From the human T2T-CHM13v2.0 reference genome, Homo sapiens, in NCBI RefSeq assembly GCF_009914755.1, contig NC_060934.1: a DNA stretch of 64,000 nucleotides, one strand, 5' to 3'. Below, piece after piece: positions 14,655 through 28,400 of the stretch; within the stretch, counting starts at the first letter, position 1, and each line of letters opens with the position of its first letter. The notes under the pieces were generated by a model, which had not been told where the DNA came from, made no database searches, and saw only the letters and a program-made list of their open reading frames with translations. Both the position numbers and the translations under genes were made by a program.

Positions 14655-15510
14655 AAAAACTGAGTTATCCATCTCCTTTTACTCTATTCTTCATTTTCTA
14701 TCTGTCATTGAGCTCTGCCTGTTCTACAGCCTAAGTATATCTTAAATGAATCTCTTTATCATCACTACTGCCCCTGTTTCAAGCCTTCATGATTTTTTTC
14801 CTGCTCTGTTACATTATCTTCCTTACTGGTTTCCCTGCCTTCACTCTTCCAGGCAGTTTTCCACATTGCTACTAAAGTAATCTTTCTAGCATGCAAATCT
14901 TCTCATATCACCTTGCTCAAAATTCCCCAATGGCTTCTCTATTAGTCCATTCTCACACTGCTAATAAAGACATACCCCAGACTGGGTAATTTACAAAGGA
15001 AAGAGGTTTAATTGACTCACAGTTCAGCATGGCTGGGGAGGCTTCAGGAAAGTTACAATGAAGGAGGAAGGGGAAGCAAATATGTCCTTCTCCACATGGC
15101 AGCAGGAAGGAGAAGTGCCGAGTAAAAGGGGAAAAGTCCCTTATAAAGCCATCACATCTCATGAGAACTCACTCACTATCATGAGAACAGCATAGAGGTA
15201 ACCACTCCATGATTCAGTTGCCTCCCACCAGGTGCTTCCCAGGACACCACACATGGGGATTACGGGAACTACAATTCAAGATGAGATTTGGGTGGGGACA
15301 CAGACAAACCATATTAGCTTCCTATCTCTTATAGTAAAAAAAAAAAAAAAAAAAAAATACAACTCTTCTATATAATGTACTATATACCCTACATGGATCT
15401 GATACTACCATTCCTATCCAGCCATTTCTTGTCATTTCACCCCAATAAGCTGACTCCACACAACATCCCTGCCCTTGCCTCTGACTCTGTCTCTGTTGTT
15501 CTCTTGTCCT
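14655..15510 (+). mobile_element. L2 fragment interrupted by a THE1 LTR
   Basis: CCACATTGCTACTAAAGTAATCTTTCTAGCATGCAAATC..CTCAAAATTCCCCAATGGCTTC, continuing after the LTR. Confidence 0.65.
14938..15316 (-). mobile_element. THE1C-like solo LTR (MaLR)
   Basis: ATTAGTCCATTCTCACACTGCTAATAAAGACATACC...GAGATTTGGGTGGGGACACAGACAAACCATATTA. 5-bp TSD GCTTC at 14933-14937 and 15317-15321. Confidence 0.88.
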
Positions 15511-17059
15511 AGAGGAAATTGCCTAAAGTGGTAGAGTTTAACTAATTCTTAAAGTTCGAAACAAAAGAAAGAAATAATAAAGAAAAAATGAATGAGAAAC
15601 ATTATCTTAAGGTGATAAAAAGGATTGCTGAGCAACAGTGAAGCATTGAGGATATAGAAATTATGTAGGAGCACAGTCCCTATTCTTGTGAATAACAGTT
15701 CAAGTAGAAGTGAAAGGGAAAACTGATGTTTAAGATCTTAAAAAATATTTGAGTTACAAAGTAATTAGGACTGCCTGATTTTGCTTTATTTATTGATTAT
15801 TCTCAATTAGATAGATCTGTGTTTTAATTGCTCAATTATGCAACTTTCTTATTGTATTTTAATGCATTAAAATACTATGTGTATTTTATTAAAATACACA
15901 TACAGTAACTCAGACTTAAAAAAATAACAAAAAGAACTTTGTTTAGAAAAAATATAGATTTTAAGTGAACAGGAAAAATCTTTTTGTAACCACATTGAAA
16001 GAAGTTGTTCAGCCAGTATATTGTACACATCTACACATATGTTTTTATTCTAGGAGTAAATATAAATGAATATGTATTCAACATGAATAAATTGTGAGTA
16101 AATATTGAGTATTAATGAACTTACATAAATTTTTTGCTTATAACTTCCTGTTAGAAGAATCATTCTTTCAAAACTTTTAAAAATGTATTGCATATGTGGC
16201 CTCTTAAATGTCTTTGAAAGATACATCATAACATCTATGTGTTTGGAGGAATTTTAGAAATTTTTAGAAACTACGTTCACAAAATAGAATGATTATGCCT
16301 ATATAAATTAAATTTCAAGCAGTTCCAAATAACATTTTATTAAAAGTACATTAAATTTTGATGACCTCATTCATTAAGCAAAATAATGTACAGTGCTCTA
16401 TACTAGACATTCCAGATAGCACAAAAGTGCTTATGACATAATTGATACTCTAGAATATCTTAGAATCTGCTGTTAAGGATGACATTAATTATATCACCCC
16501 TTGAATCATCTCTTTCTTCTTCTGCTACTGCTTCTTCTTTCATTCTCTTTCAGTCTAGTTCTCTTACTACACACTATTTCTCATGTGTTACAATAACATG
16601 CAAATGATGATAAACCCAAAGCACCATAGGATCTCAGAATACTTTTAATTCATCTAAGTAAGTTTAATGTTAGTATAATTAGTAATAAAGATATTTCATT
16701 ATATTTACATTAATATATAAACCCTCTTTTCGCCATAATATTTGATTAACTATATACCTCTAATCAGCCTCCCACTGTATTGAATTTAATGTGAGTGTAT
16801 GAATATGTAAATGCACGCATAATACATATACACAGTTTTCATCCAGCACTGAACGACAATGTGATTGTCACAATAATTATTTTCCTACATATTCTTGAAT
16901 TGTGAGGGCAATATAGTTATAACATCAGTTGTTAATTTTTAAATAATGTTAGCTATTTCTCTAAGAAAAGTAATATATCTTAATTGTAAAATTTTGTAAA
17001 ATGCAGAAAAATATATTATACAAATAAAAAGCCTCATTCATACTCCATCACTGTTTATT

Positions 17060-17775
17060 CTACAAGTGTGTGCAGTCATACAGTGACCACACCAATCAAG
17101 ATATACAATGTGCTCATCACCATGGAAAGCAAAGCCCATCACTCTGCCCCAAGACCCTTAGAACCACTTATTTGTGCCTTTATAGTTTTGCCTTTCCCAG
17201 AACATCATGAAAATGGAACTTTTTTTTTTTGTGACCGAGTCTCACTCTGTTGCCAGGCTGGAGTGCAGTGGCAAGATCTTGGCTCACTGCAACCTCCGCC
17301 TCCCGGGGAACCATATTTTATGCAGACTTCTGTGTCTTGTTTCTTTCACTTAGCACAATACTTTCAATGAGCTCCAACCATGCCATTACGTATCAGTAGT
17401 TTATTCTATTACTAAGTTTATTTCACTGTATATCCACCACAGTTTATTTATCCAGTCACCAGATAGTAGACATTTGTATTTTTCAGGACCTGGAGCTACT
17501 GTAAATAAAGCCATCATTAATGTTTGCCTACAGGTCTTTCTAATAAAATATGTTTTTATTTCTCTCAGGTAAAAAGCTATCAGTAGGATTTCTGGGCCAT
17601 ATGGTAAAAGTATGTTTAACTTTAGCAATTTTCCAAAGTGTATATGCCATTTCGTATTTCTCCCCACAACACATGAGAGTTTCAGTTGCTTCACAACCTC
17701 ACCAGAACTAGGTATTGTTGAGATTTTGTATTTTGTTTTGTTATTCTAATGACTGTGTGATGGTATCTTGTTGTA
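17060..17775 (-). mobile_element. L1ME/L1MC 3' end
   Basis: TATAGTTTTGCCTTTCCCAGAACATCATGAAAATGGAA..; CATATGGTAAAAGTATGTTTAACTTT; GAGAGTTTCAGTTGCTTCACAACCTCACCAG. Confidence 0.75.
17220..17306 (-). mobile_element. Severely 5'-truncated Alu (about 87 bp, Sc-like)
   Basis: Tail plus last ~75 bp only. TGTTGCCAGGCTGG. Flanking GGAAC repeat at 17215-17219 and 17307-17311. Confidence 0.85.
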
Positions 17776-17830
17776 TTAGATTGGTGCAGAAGTAATGGCA
17801 AAAACTGCAATTACTTTTGCACCAACCCAA
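17776..17830. mobile_element. MADE1 (Hsmar1 MITE), internally deleted
   Basis: TTAGATTGGTGCAGAAGTAATGGCAAAAACTGCAATTACTTTTGCACCAACCCAA, preceded by TA. Confidence 0.88.
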
Positions 17831-18149
17831 AATTTGGTTTTGAAGAGACATAAATTAATTTCCAACATTGGTGGGGTCTGGCTACCCATTTATAGGTATG
17901 CATATCTTCAAACGTTAGTTTTCCCATAGCTATATATGCATAGATATCAACTGAGGAATATTCTGTAATGAAAGACTAGGGTTGGGGAATATGTAATATG
18001 TGCTTAAAAAACAAGAATCCAAAAATTGAATTTTGGAAAATATCTTCATAAAATAAACAGTTGTATATTTCCAGTTCTTATGAGGCCTTCTTAGTGAAAT
18101 AACTCCATTATATAAGAAAAGAAATATTAATATCAAAGGTTAATTTTTA

Positions 18150-18310
18150 ACTTTTATAAGAAAAAACTGAGTGTACATAGAAATAGAGAGATAAATCATA
18201 TCACTCAACTTCGAGAACTGCTGACTCATGGCCAATCTTGTTTCATCTTTATGCTCTCTCACCCCGAACTTCAGCATTGATTATTTTGAAGCAAATCCCA
18301 GGCATCAAAG
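18150..18310 (-). mobile_element. L1MC/ME 3' fragment
   Basis: CATGGCCAATCTTGTTTCATCT...GATTATTTTGAAGCAAATCCCAGGCATCA. Confidence 0.6.
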
Positions 18311-19786
18311 ATTAACTTTTAATTGAATCTCAGAGTTTTTGATTTATCATATTAGTATTGAAAATAATTATCTTAAAATGTTTAAATTTTTAAACTTTTA
18401 GTATTAATCCCTAAGGTTTTAGTAGTCTCTTGATTTGACCCATTTACATGTGGAGTATTTACTAGGTATGATATTCCAGGCATTTATTCAATAAGCAATA
18501 GGAAAATCATTATACCTGAATGGGAATAAAAGCTTATTAAGTGAGATTGTTTTACTTTATTAGCATACTTTGTATATAGTTTCTTTGATAGCATTTTATA
18601 GACATTAAATTATATGAACTGTAGGTTTTGCCTAATGGAAGTTGCCACTTAACAATATTGGCCCCTATTTTTTATTCACTATAATATATTTTTGAGTTAC
18701 ACATTGACTATAATCCTAGGAGTACTTTCTTAATTCTTATATTATAATACTGATCTAATTTTTCTCACTGGGAAGCTCAGCTGAAGTGCATAACAGGTTT
18801 TAATTAAGAATAAAAGAAGGAAAGAAAACAAAACTTCACATCATTAGGAATTCTGATTTCTGCTGCTCTAACAAAAAAGACCACAAGCAATATGAGATTC
18901 ATCAAATGTGAGAAATGATAACTAACCATGTTAGGGGTCACCTATAACAAACTACAATAATTGAGAAAGTAACCTTGACGCATTTCAGTTGAAGTGTGAG
19001 TATCTGTAGTTTATTATATTCCAGACAGTATACATTACCAAAGATGTAGGGCCAAATTAACTTTAATGTTGCACTCTTCACAAGACATTCCATAGCTAGC
19101 AATAACATTAAGGTAACGCTGTTAAAGTAAGAATTTCAATTATAAGGCAGATGAGATTGTGAAAACATGACAGCTTTAATGAGCAATAGTAGTTGGGATT
19201 ACTTTGATAAGGAACATAGTTATCATAGATAGAAAAGAAACAAAATACAGCCTGCAGCCTTTTCTTATTGTGTCATGTCACCCTCTATTGATAACAGCTT
19301 TGGGTTCCAATTCATTTCTATTCATTCTCCCAACCTGTGCTAGAATGATGATCCTTTATCTTACATATACTGTTAGAACACCTTCCAATTCTGCATTCCT
19401 TCATTCTTCCAAATAGCTGATAGCATGTTATCTTACTTGCTCTCATCACATCTTGGTTAAGAAAGAAAGGCAATCAAGATATTGGCCCCATCTTGCAGGT
19501 GGGAAAACTGGATCGATAACTCAGTGGTAATACTGGGAATAGATTCAGATTACTTGAAAGATCACCAAATGCTTATTCAGGAGGCTGACTTTAACCAAGG
19601 AATATGTAATGAATAGAACCCAAATACAGTATCATTCTTTGTGGTTGTATGAGACATGCTCTTGTTTTTGAATTTAGAGTGGTAGAGAGAGACATGATCT
19701 TGTTTTTCACTCTGGAATGACAGCCTTCTTTTCCTCTGATCTTATTGTTCCCACCAGTGATCTTCACTATTCCAACTAGTGAGAGG

Positions 19787-20153
19787 TGTGTTATTCCATT
19801 TGGACTGCTACAACAAAAATACCATAAACTTCTGTTGACTTATAAACAACAGAAATTTATTTCTTACAATTTCAGGGACTGGTAAGTTCAAGATCAAGGC
19901 ACTGGCACATTCAGTATCTGGTGAGGGCCCAACTTTCGGGTTCATAAATAGTGCCTTCTTGCTGTATCCTCTTATGGTGAAAGATGCAAACACACTCCAT
20001 TGGCCTTCTTTCATAAGGACACTAATCTCATTCTTGAGAGTCTGGCTCTTATAACCTAATTACATCCCAAAGACTTCACCTGATAACACCAGGACTTTGT
20101 AGATTAGATTTCATATGAATTTGGAGGAGGATACAAACATTCAGACCATAGCA
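19787..20153 (-). mobile_element. MLT1A-like solo LTR
   Basis: CATTTGGACTGCTACAACAAAAATACCATA..AAACAACAGAAATTTATTTCT..ACAAACATTCAGACCATAGCA. Near-TSD AGAGG/AGAGC. Confidence 0.85.
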
Positions 20154-20580
20154 AGAGCGACATATTCTTTGTTGCCCCTAAGCATGTAACCATTCCTACA
20201 GTGGTTGTATCTACTGGCCTTGCTAGTGAAGCCTGTAAGTCATGTAGAATGTACTGCTATTGCTTTTCTGATATTATTTAACAAAGAAACCTACTCCCAG
20301 GGCAGCCAGCAATGTTGACAACATTTTGACCTCTCCTGAAGCTTCCAGGCTGTTTTATACAATGAAGGAAGGGTAACAGGTCATCATGCTTATCTGATCT
20401 ATAATTCATTTGATTAATGTTAGTGATCAGCTGCATCTTTTTTTTTTTTTTTTGCCTCTCTGTTGTAAATTGGTAGGGATTGTAGTTTCTTGTTCACTTT
20501 GGATTTTTCCATTACACATGCAAATGGAGATTTTTCTTTACATAAATAAATCTTTATGATCATTTTGGTTATTTTTAAAG

Positions 20581-20644
20581 GTCTGGAACTTTTTTCTGTC
20601 TCTGAAAGCCCTGGACACTCTTTTGGTTTCAATCACCCTATGCT
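20581..20644 (+). other. Candidate small exon (64 nt)
   Basis: TTTTGGTTATTTTTAAAG acceptor, GCT|GTATGT donor. Frame LELFSVSESPGHSFGFNHPM is open. Confidence 0.3.
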
Positions 20645-20938
20645 GTATGTCACTATTTACTCACCATTTATATAATTAATATAAATATTTTTCCTCAATT
20701 TCTTTATAAATACATTTCTCATAAAACATTTTCACCCACATTGCTTGCTCTAGAGCACGACCAATGTTCATAGTCTTTGCTACAATATGTTGTAGAATAC
20801 CATAATGTTTGTGCTGTCTACTCTCATATTTACTTAATCTGTCATCAAAGGGAGCATTGCCGATGCCTTTAAGTGAACCAATCGATTATACAGCATTATG
20901 TTTAGCTTCCATAGCAGCAATTTTGTTTTCTCCCTTAG

Positions 20939-20995
20939 GAATCTTAATTCTGGAAATGAACATTTTATCTAGGTTCGGAATGCTTATTTATTAAA
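20939..20995 (+). other. Candidate terminal exon
   Basis: TTTTGTTTTCTCCCTTAG acceptor. Continues the previous frame as LNLNSGNEHFI* (stop ends 20972). ATTAAA at 20990 and 21116. Confidence 0.25.
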
Positions 20996-21884
20996 TGCAA
21001 ATGTATTTAGCTTAAATAATATATTTATAATGATTCACAGTAACAATGAAATGTATAAGACATTTTACTAGAGTCTATGATGATTTTCAATATAATCACA
21101 ATGAAATGTATTTAAATTAAAAATATTACTGTAAATCTCTCAAGATGAACCACAGAGCTCAATACAAAATTGATGTTCTTAAGTTAATCAGTTAGTTAAT
21201 GTATTGCCAAACAAACTAGAATAGAATACTATATTATCAGGGCAACTTTGTTAAATAGATATTCAACTTTTTAAATATAAGAACATAGTGTATTTCAACC
21301 ATCTTTTAATACTAATTTTATGTATTTTTATTGTACTTATTTTGTTTTATTTCTTTATCATTAGAAACAGTAAACCAATAATTCCAAAACAAAGAAAACT
21401 CACTAATTCTTTTTATTCTTGTTCATTCCTTTTTGTCCTGTTAATCGTACTTAGAAATACAGTATTGACATTTCCTGGGCTGCTTTTGTGTAGAGCCTTG
21501 TGCTGATATATAAACATAGAAATTTATACATAGTTTTCATTATATATTAGTAAAAAAATAAGTGAAGTAGAAAAACGGGTAAAAGACGTGTACAGTAAAG
21601 ATGCTGAACAAAAACTCATGTGTTTTATTTTTTAATACCACCCTCAGGCATGTAATTAATATTATTATCCTCAGAATAATGTTTAAAACTGATCTTTTAT
21701 AACTGTTATTTCAGCTCTCATGCATTCTTTTTGCTGGAGAATAATTGATTCATCTCATTATTTGCCAGGTTTAGACCTTAGTAACTTGTACATCCCTATG
21801 ATAAAAATTATTTTGGAATGGAAAGAGAGATCTCTAAAAAGGGATGAAATCATGCCAAACATCTTATCTCTAACATAAAAAAAA

Positions 21885-22050
21885 TTAAATTTGAAGCCAG
21901 AATTTCAGTTCCAGTTCTACTTTTAGCTTGTGTGACCTTGAGAAAGTCACTTAAGCATTTCTGAGCTTCAAGTTTCTCATTTGTAAAGTCGAAGTAAGAA
22001 ATACCTTTTATGCCTAGCACTCAGAGTTCTTGTTGGATCAAACAAGATTT
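21885..22050 (+). mobile_element. MIR
   Basis: TGTGTGACCTTGAGAAAGTCACTTAAGC..AGTTTCTCATTTGTAAA. Confidence 0.75.
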
Positions 22051-22369
22051 GTACATTTAGTTGGAAAACTCAACATTTGTTATCTAAACATAATGTATTC
22101 CAGCAGAGAATTACTGTCCACCATTTTCATTTATACATTTTAAATAGTGATTTATTGATGATCTTCAATATGCAAGGAGTACTGCTAGACACTAGGGAAA
22201 TAAAAGGGAATTAAGATAGTACCCAAACACTTCAAATCCTCATGGGCAAGGACACGTGAACACATAATAAAATACTTTAATTTCAATTACAGACACTAAT
22301 GGGCAGGTTGTTAATAGAATGTTTGCCAACTTTAAGTAGTTTTATAATAAAATATAATAGTTTAAAAGA

Positions 22370-23950
22370 AAGGTCTATTAATAAAAACAGAATTAAAATA
22401 TATATAGATCAAATAAAGTATGGAAATTTAGTTAAAAAATTGGCATTAATCAGTAGGAAAAAGATGGGCTTCTCAGCAAGTGGTATTGGGATAGATGAAC
22501 AGCTATATGGGAAAAGAGAAAACTGAATCTGTTCCAAATGTAACAGAATCAAATTCTAAAAAGATCAAAAATTTAAATTCAAAAACTATTATGTTACTAG
22601 GAGAAAACAAAGGTGAATTACTCTGTAACCTCAGAGTGGCCAAAAGTTTCTTAACTGATTCTAAATCCAGAAGCAATAAAGGAAAAGGCTAATAAAGGTG
22701 ACAATATGAAAATTTAGAAAAAAAAACTTTTTATACTAAAATAATTGCAAATATTTTTCACTTGTTAATGCACAATAACAAATGGAAAATATTTGCAATT
22801 TTTGTCATAAACAAAGGGTTGTTATCCCTAAAATATAAAGCACTTTTAAAATTAAAAGAAGACCAGCAACTCTATAAAAATGGGCAAGAGACATCCAAAG
22901 ATAGTTTGCATAACATAAATGCAAAGGGTCCTTAAATATAGGAAAAGATGTTCCAATTCACTCATAAAAATGCTAATTGAAATCACTGAAATTACTATTG
23001 TTTATCAGTAAGGTTGGCAAAAACACAAAAGGTTGAAAACATACTTGTGGTAAGCAGAAAAGTGACCCCCAAAGATGTGCACATCCTAGTTCCCAGAACT
23101 TCACATGGCAAAAGAGATTTTGAAGATATTAAGGATTATGAGAGATGAAGATTATCCTGGATTACTCAGATGGGCCCAAAGTAATCACAAAGGTCCTTAC
23201 CAGTGAAAGAGGAGTCAGTCAGAGGAGATGTATCTGATGATGGAAGCAGAGGTTAGAACGGTGTGATCAGTGCCTTTGAAGGTGGAAGGGGACTGCAAGC
23301 CAAGGAATGTGGGCAACCTCTACAAGCTGGAAAAGGCAATGAAATGGATTTTCTCCTGGAGCCTCTGAAAGGAATACAAATCTGCTGTCGCCCTGATTTT
23401 AGCTCCCTGAGAACTATTTTTGACTTCTGATTTCCAGAACTGTAAGATAAGAAATTTGTGTTTTTAATCTACTAAATTTGTGGTAACTTGTTGCTATAGC
23501 ACTAGGCAACAAATAAAATACTCTTAAGAGGAAGGTTGTGAGAAAACAGGCACTTTCGTTTATTGTTGGGAATGCAAACTGTACAGCCTCTGTGGAGGAG
23601 AATTTTGCTATATTTACATATACACTCACCCTTAGATCCCACAAACACATCTCTGTCACTGTCAAATATTGTAAAAAGATTTTTCAGCCCTATTTGTAAT
23701 AGCAAAAAATACTGGGAACAACCCAAATATATATTAATAGAAATTGGTTGAAAGAAGTGTGGTATTACGTTGTACTATGCAGTTGTAAAAAAATTAAAGT
23801 TTTCATCTTATGCTGTGGAATGATCTCAGGCAATATTGCTAAGTGAAAGTGGCAAGTTGAAAACAAATGTATGTTACTATTTGACGAAGAAGAGGGAGAA
23901 TATAAGTATACCTTTACCTACACATATATATTTGCTTTTTTAACAATAAA
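22370..23950 (+). mobile_element. L1MC/ME ORF2 end and 3' UTR, interrupted by MLT1D
   Basis: AAAAATGGGCAAGAGAC..; GGAAAAGATGTTCCAATTCACTCATA; TTGTTGGGAATGCAAACT; ACTGGGAACAACCCAAAT. Confidence 0.7.
23046..23517 (+). mobile_element. MLT1D solo LTR
   Basis: TGTGGTAAGCAGAAAAGTGACCCCCAAAGATGT..GATTATCCTGGATTA..GTAATCACAAAGGTCC. 5-bp TSD ATACT at 23041-23045 and 23518-23522. Confidence 0.87.
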
Positions 23951-25480
23951 ATGATAAACTAAAAAGTATTATTTGGGTTTTCTTTTCTTTTTTAGTGGTT
24001 ATTCATAGGACTGAAAAGACCAGGATGAAGGAAATAGGGATGGTAGGTAGACCTAAGTGTACTTTACTTCGTAGATCTGACCCTCTAGCCCTATAAATGT
24101 ATTACAACTATGAAGTTTTACTGATTTAGGAATTCAAAATATTTCAAATATGCACAAGTTAGAATTAATATGTGAATGAATATAAATATGAATGACTGAA
24201 TCGTATGAGAATTTCCTAATTTACAGAAAGCAGTTTTCAAAACTGATAGAGGATGGAGTTCATTAAAAATATTTATTCAGAATTCATTATGACCTCATCA
24301 TCAAGTAGGGGAATCAGATGATATATAATTATACTGCAAGGAAGATGGTGAAACATCCAAAAGAGAGAGTTAAAGGGATTTCAGAGAAATGAGAGTGCAC
24401 TTCCACCTAGGAGAATAAGAAAGATTTTGCGCTCATTCAGTTAGTTATATATTCAACAAATATGTACTGAGCCCCTATTATGAGCAAACTCTGTTATAGG
24501 CGGTAGGGTTCAGTGATTTTTAAAACAGTCAAAAACTCCTACCTTCATAGAGCTTACATGCTTATAAGAATGAGGGTAACAGACAATAAATAAAAGATGA
24601 AAAGAACTGAGAATTGACCATTACATTTAGTGTAGTGGAGATCAGTGTTGACCATGGCAAGAGCATGCACATTCCTATCACCAGGACATTCATAGTCCCC
24701 CTAGATGAAGACAGACATTTACATAAGCAAGTACTATGTTGTATGATATGTTGTACCTATTTTAAAGAAGCCTCTATAGCGCTTGTAGTACGTTGTGCAC
24801 TTTAATAGACAGTGAGTACTCCATAAATAGACAAGAAAATGATAGTTATGCAAACTAATGTTAGCAATTATTTTGTACTTATACTGTCCAGCCTCTGATA
24901 TATTTATGCCTAGTATTTTAAGTAAGTAGCGTTCTTTTCATTTTCTTTGCTTTACCAATGAAATTCCATAGAAACAAAGTATTGCCAACACTTTTGGAAA
25001 TGAAGCTGTGCTGTTTTGCATGAGGACTGTTCTGCGTGAGTTTGGTCAAGGGCTAAGGTCAAATTTGGGAGACTCCCTTCTACCATGTAATAGTGGCATG
25101 ACACTAGGTGAATTAGTTTACCTACAGCTCAATTTCTGCATCTAGAAGATAGGAATAATAATACCGGTGTTCAGTGATGTTGTGAACATGAAATGGGATG
25201 CACATATGGAAGATTTGATGTTATTAATCACATATTTTTGATAATAAAAATTCTCTTTAACTAGAAGTCCCTTTTTTATTATACTTTCAGTTCTGGGGTA
25301 CATGTGCAGAAGCTGCAGGTTTGTTACATAGGTATACATGTGCCATAGTGGTTTGCTGCACCCATCAACCTGTCATCTACATTAGGTATTTCTCCTAATG
25401 CTATCCCTCCCCTAGTGCCTCATTCCCCAAAGGCCCCAGTGTGTGATGTTCCCCTCCCTGTGTTCATGTGTTCTAATTGT

Positions 25481-28400
25481 TCAACTACCACTTATGAGTC
25501 AGAACATGCGGTGTTTGGTTTTCCGTTCTCGTGTTAGTTTGCTGAGAATGATGGTTTCCGGCTTCATCCATGTCCCTGCAAAGGATGTGAACTCATCCTT
25601 TTTAATGGCTGCATAGTATTCCATGGTGTATATGTGCCACATTTTCTTTATCCAGTCTATCACTGATGAGCATTTGGGTTGGTTCCAGGTCTTTGCTATT
25701 GTGAACAGTGCCGCAATAAACATAAGTGTGCATGTGTCTTTATAGTCGAATGACTTATAATCCTTTGGGTACATACCCAGTAATGGGATTGCTGGGTCAA
25801 ATGGTATTTCTGGTTCTAGATCCTTGAGGAATCACCACACTGTCTTCCACAATGGTTGAACTAATTTACACTCCCACCAACAGTGTAAAAGCTTTCCTAT
25901 TTCTTCACATCTTCTCTAGCATCTGTTGTTTCCTGACTTTTTAATGATCGCCATTCTAACTGATGTGAGATGGTATCTCATTGTGGTTTTGATTTGCATT
26001 TCTCTAATGACCTGTGATGATGAGCATTTTTTCATATGTTTGTTGGCTGCATAAATGTCTTCTTTTGAGAAGTGTCTGTTGATATCCTTCACCCACTTTT
26101 TAATGGGGTTGTTTTCTTCTTGTAAATTTGTTTAAGTTCTTTGTAGATTCTGGATATTAGCCCTTTGTCAGATGGATAGATTGCAGAAATTTTCTCCCAT
26201 TCTGTAGGTTGCCTGCTCACTCTGATGATAGTTTCTTTTGCTCTGCAGAAGCTCTTTAGTATAATTAGATCCCATTTGTCAATTTTGGCTTTTGTTGCCA
26301 TTGCTTTTGGTGTTTTAGTCATGAAGTCTTTGCCCATGCCTACGTCCTGAATGGTATTGCCTAGGTTTTCTTCTATGGTTTTTGTGGTTTTAGGTCTAAC
26401 ATTTAAGTCTTTAATCCATCTTGAGTTAATTTCTCTATAAGGTGTAAGGAAGGGATCCAGTTTCAGCTTTCTGCATATGGCCAGCCAGTTTTCCTAACAC
26501 CATTTATTAAATAGGGAATCCTTTCCCTACTTCTTGTTTTTGTCAGATTTGTCAGTGATCCAATGGTTGTAGATGTGTGGTGTTATTTCTGAGGCCTCCA
26601 GTTCTGTTACATTGGTTTATATATCTGTTTTGGTACCAGTACCATGCTGTTTTGCTTTGCCTTTTAGTGTAGTTTGAAGTCAGGTAGCATGATGCCTCCA
26701 GCTTTGTTCTTTTTGACTAGGATTGTCTTGGCAGTGAGGGCACTTTTTTGGTTCCATATGAACTTTAAAGTAGTGTTTTCCAATTCTGTGAAGAAAGTCA
26801 TTGGTAGCTTGATGGGGATGGCATTGAATCTATAAATTGCCTTGGGCAGTATGGCCATTTTCACGATATTGATTCTTCCTATCCATGAGCGTGGAATGTT
26901 TTTCCATTTGTTTGTTTCCTCTCTTATTTCCTTGAGCAGTGGTTTGTCATTCTCCTTGAAGAGATCCTTCACATTTCTTGAAAGTTGTTTTCCTAGGTAT
27001 TTTATTCTCTTTGTAGGAATTGTGAATGGGAGTTGACTCATGATTTGGCTCTCTGTTTGTCTGTTATTGGTGTATAGGAATGCTTCTAATTTTTGCACAT
27101 TGATTTTGTATCCTGAGACTTTGCTGAAATTGCTTATCAGCTTAAGGAGATTTTGGGCTGAGATGATGGGGTTTCCTAAATATACAATCATGTTATCTGC
27201 AAACAGGGACAATTTGACTTCCTCTTTTCCTAATTGAATACCCTTTGTTTCTTTCTCTTGTCTGATTGCCCTGGCCAGAACTTCCAATACTATGTTGAAG
27301 AGGAGTGGTGAGAGAGGGCATCCTTTTCTTGTGCTGGTTTTCAAAGGTAATGCCTCCAGTTTTTGCCCATTCAGTATGATATTGGCTGTGGGTTTGTCAT
27401 AAACAGCTCTTATGATTTTGAGATACGTTCCATCAATAACTAGTTTATTGAGAGTTTTTAGCATGAAAGGCTGTTGAATTTTGTTGAAGGCCTTTTCTGC
27501 ATCTATTGAGATAATCATGTGGTTTTTGTCATTGGTTCTGTTTATGTGATGTTTACCTTTATTGATTAGCGTATGTTGAACTAGCCTTGCATCCCAGGGA
27601 TGAAGCCAACTTGATCCTGGTGGATAAGCTTTTTGATATGCTGCTGGAATCAGTTTGCCAGTATTTTACTGAGGATTTTTGCATCGATGTTCATTATGGA
27701 TATTGGCCTGAAATTTTCTTTTTTGGTTGCATTTCTGCCAGGTTTTGGTAACCGGATGATGCTGGCCTCATAAAATGAGTTAGGGAGGATTCCCTTTTTT
27801 TCTATTTTTTGGAATAGTTTCAAAAGGAATGGTACCAGCTCCTCTTTGTACCTCTGGTAGAATTTGGCTGTGAATTTGTCTGGTCCTGGACGTTTTTTGG
27901 TTGGTAGGCTATTAATTACTGCCTCAGTTTTAGAACTTGTTATTGGTCTATTCAGGGATTCGACTTCTTCCTGGTTTTGTCTTGGGAGGGTGTGTGTCCA
28001 GGAATTTTCCATTTCTTCTAGATTTTCTAGTTTATTTGCATAGAGGTGTTTATAGTATTCTCTGCTGGTCGTTTGTATTTCTGTGGGATTGGTGGTGACA
28101 TCCTCTTTATCATTTTTTATTGTGTCTATTTGATCCTTCTCTCTTTTCTTCTTTATTACTCTGGCTAGAGGTCTATCTATTTCGTTGATCTTTTCAAAAA
28201 ACCAGCTCCTCGATTCATTGATTTTTTTGAAGGGTTTTTCCTGTCTCTATCTCCTTCAGTTCTGCTCTGATCTTATTTCTTGTCTTCTGCTAGCTTTTGA
28301 ATTTGTTTGCTCTTGCTTCTCTAGTTCTTTTAATTGTGATATTAGGGAGTCAATTTTAGATCTTTCCTGCTTTCTCTTGTGGGTATTTAGTGCTATAAAT

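Noticed and set aside
15210-15220. DUX4 site of the THE1C LTR
   Set aside because: Recalled consensus TGATTCAATTA reads TGATTCAGTTG here, so it is probably non-functional.
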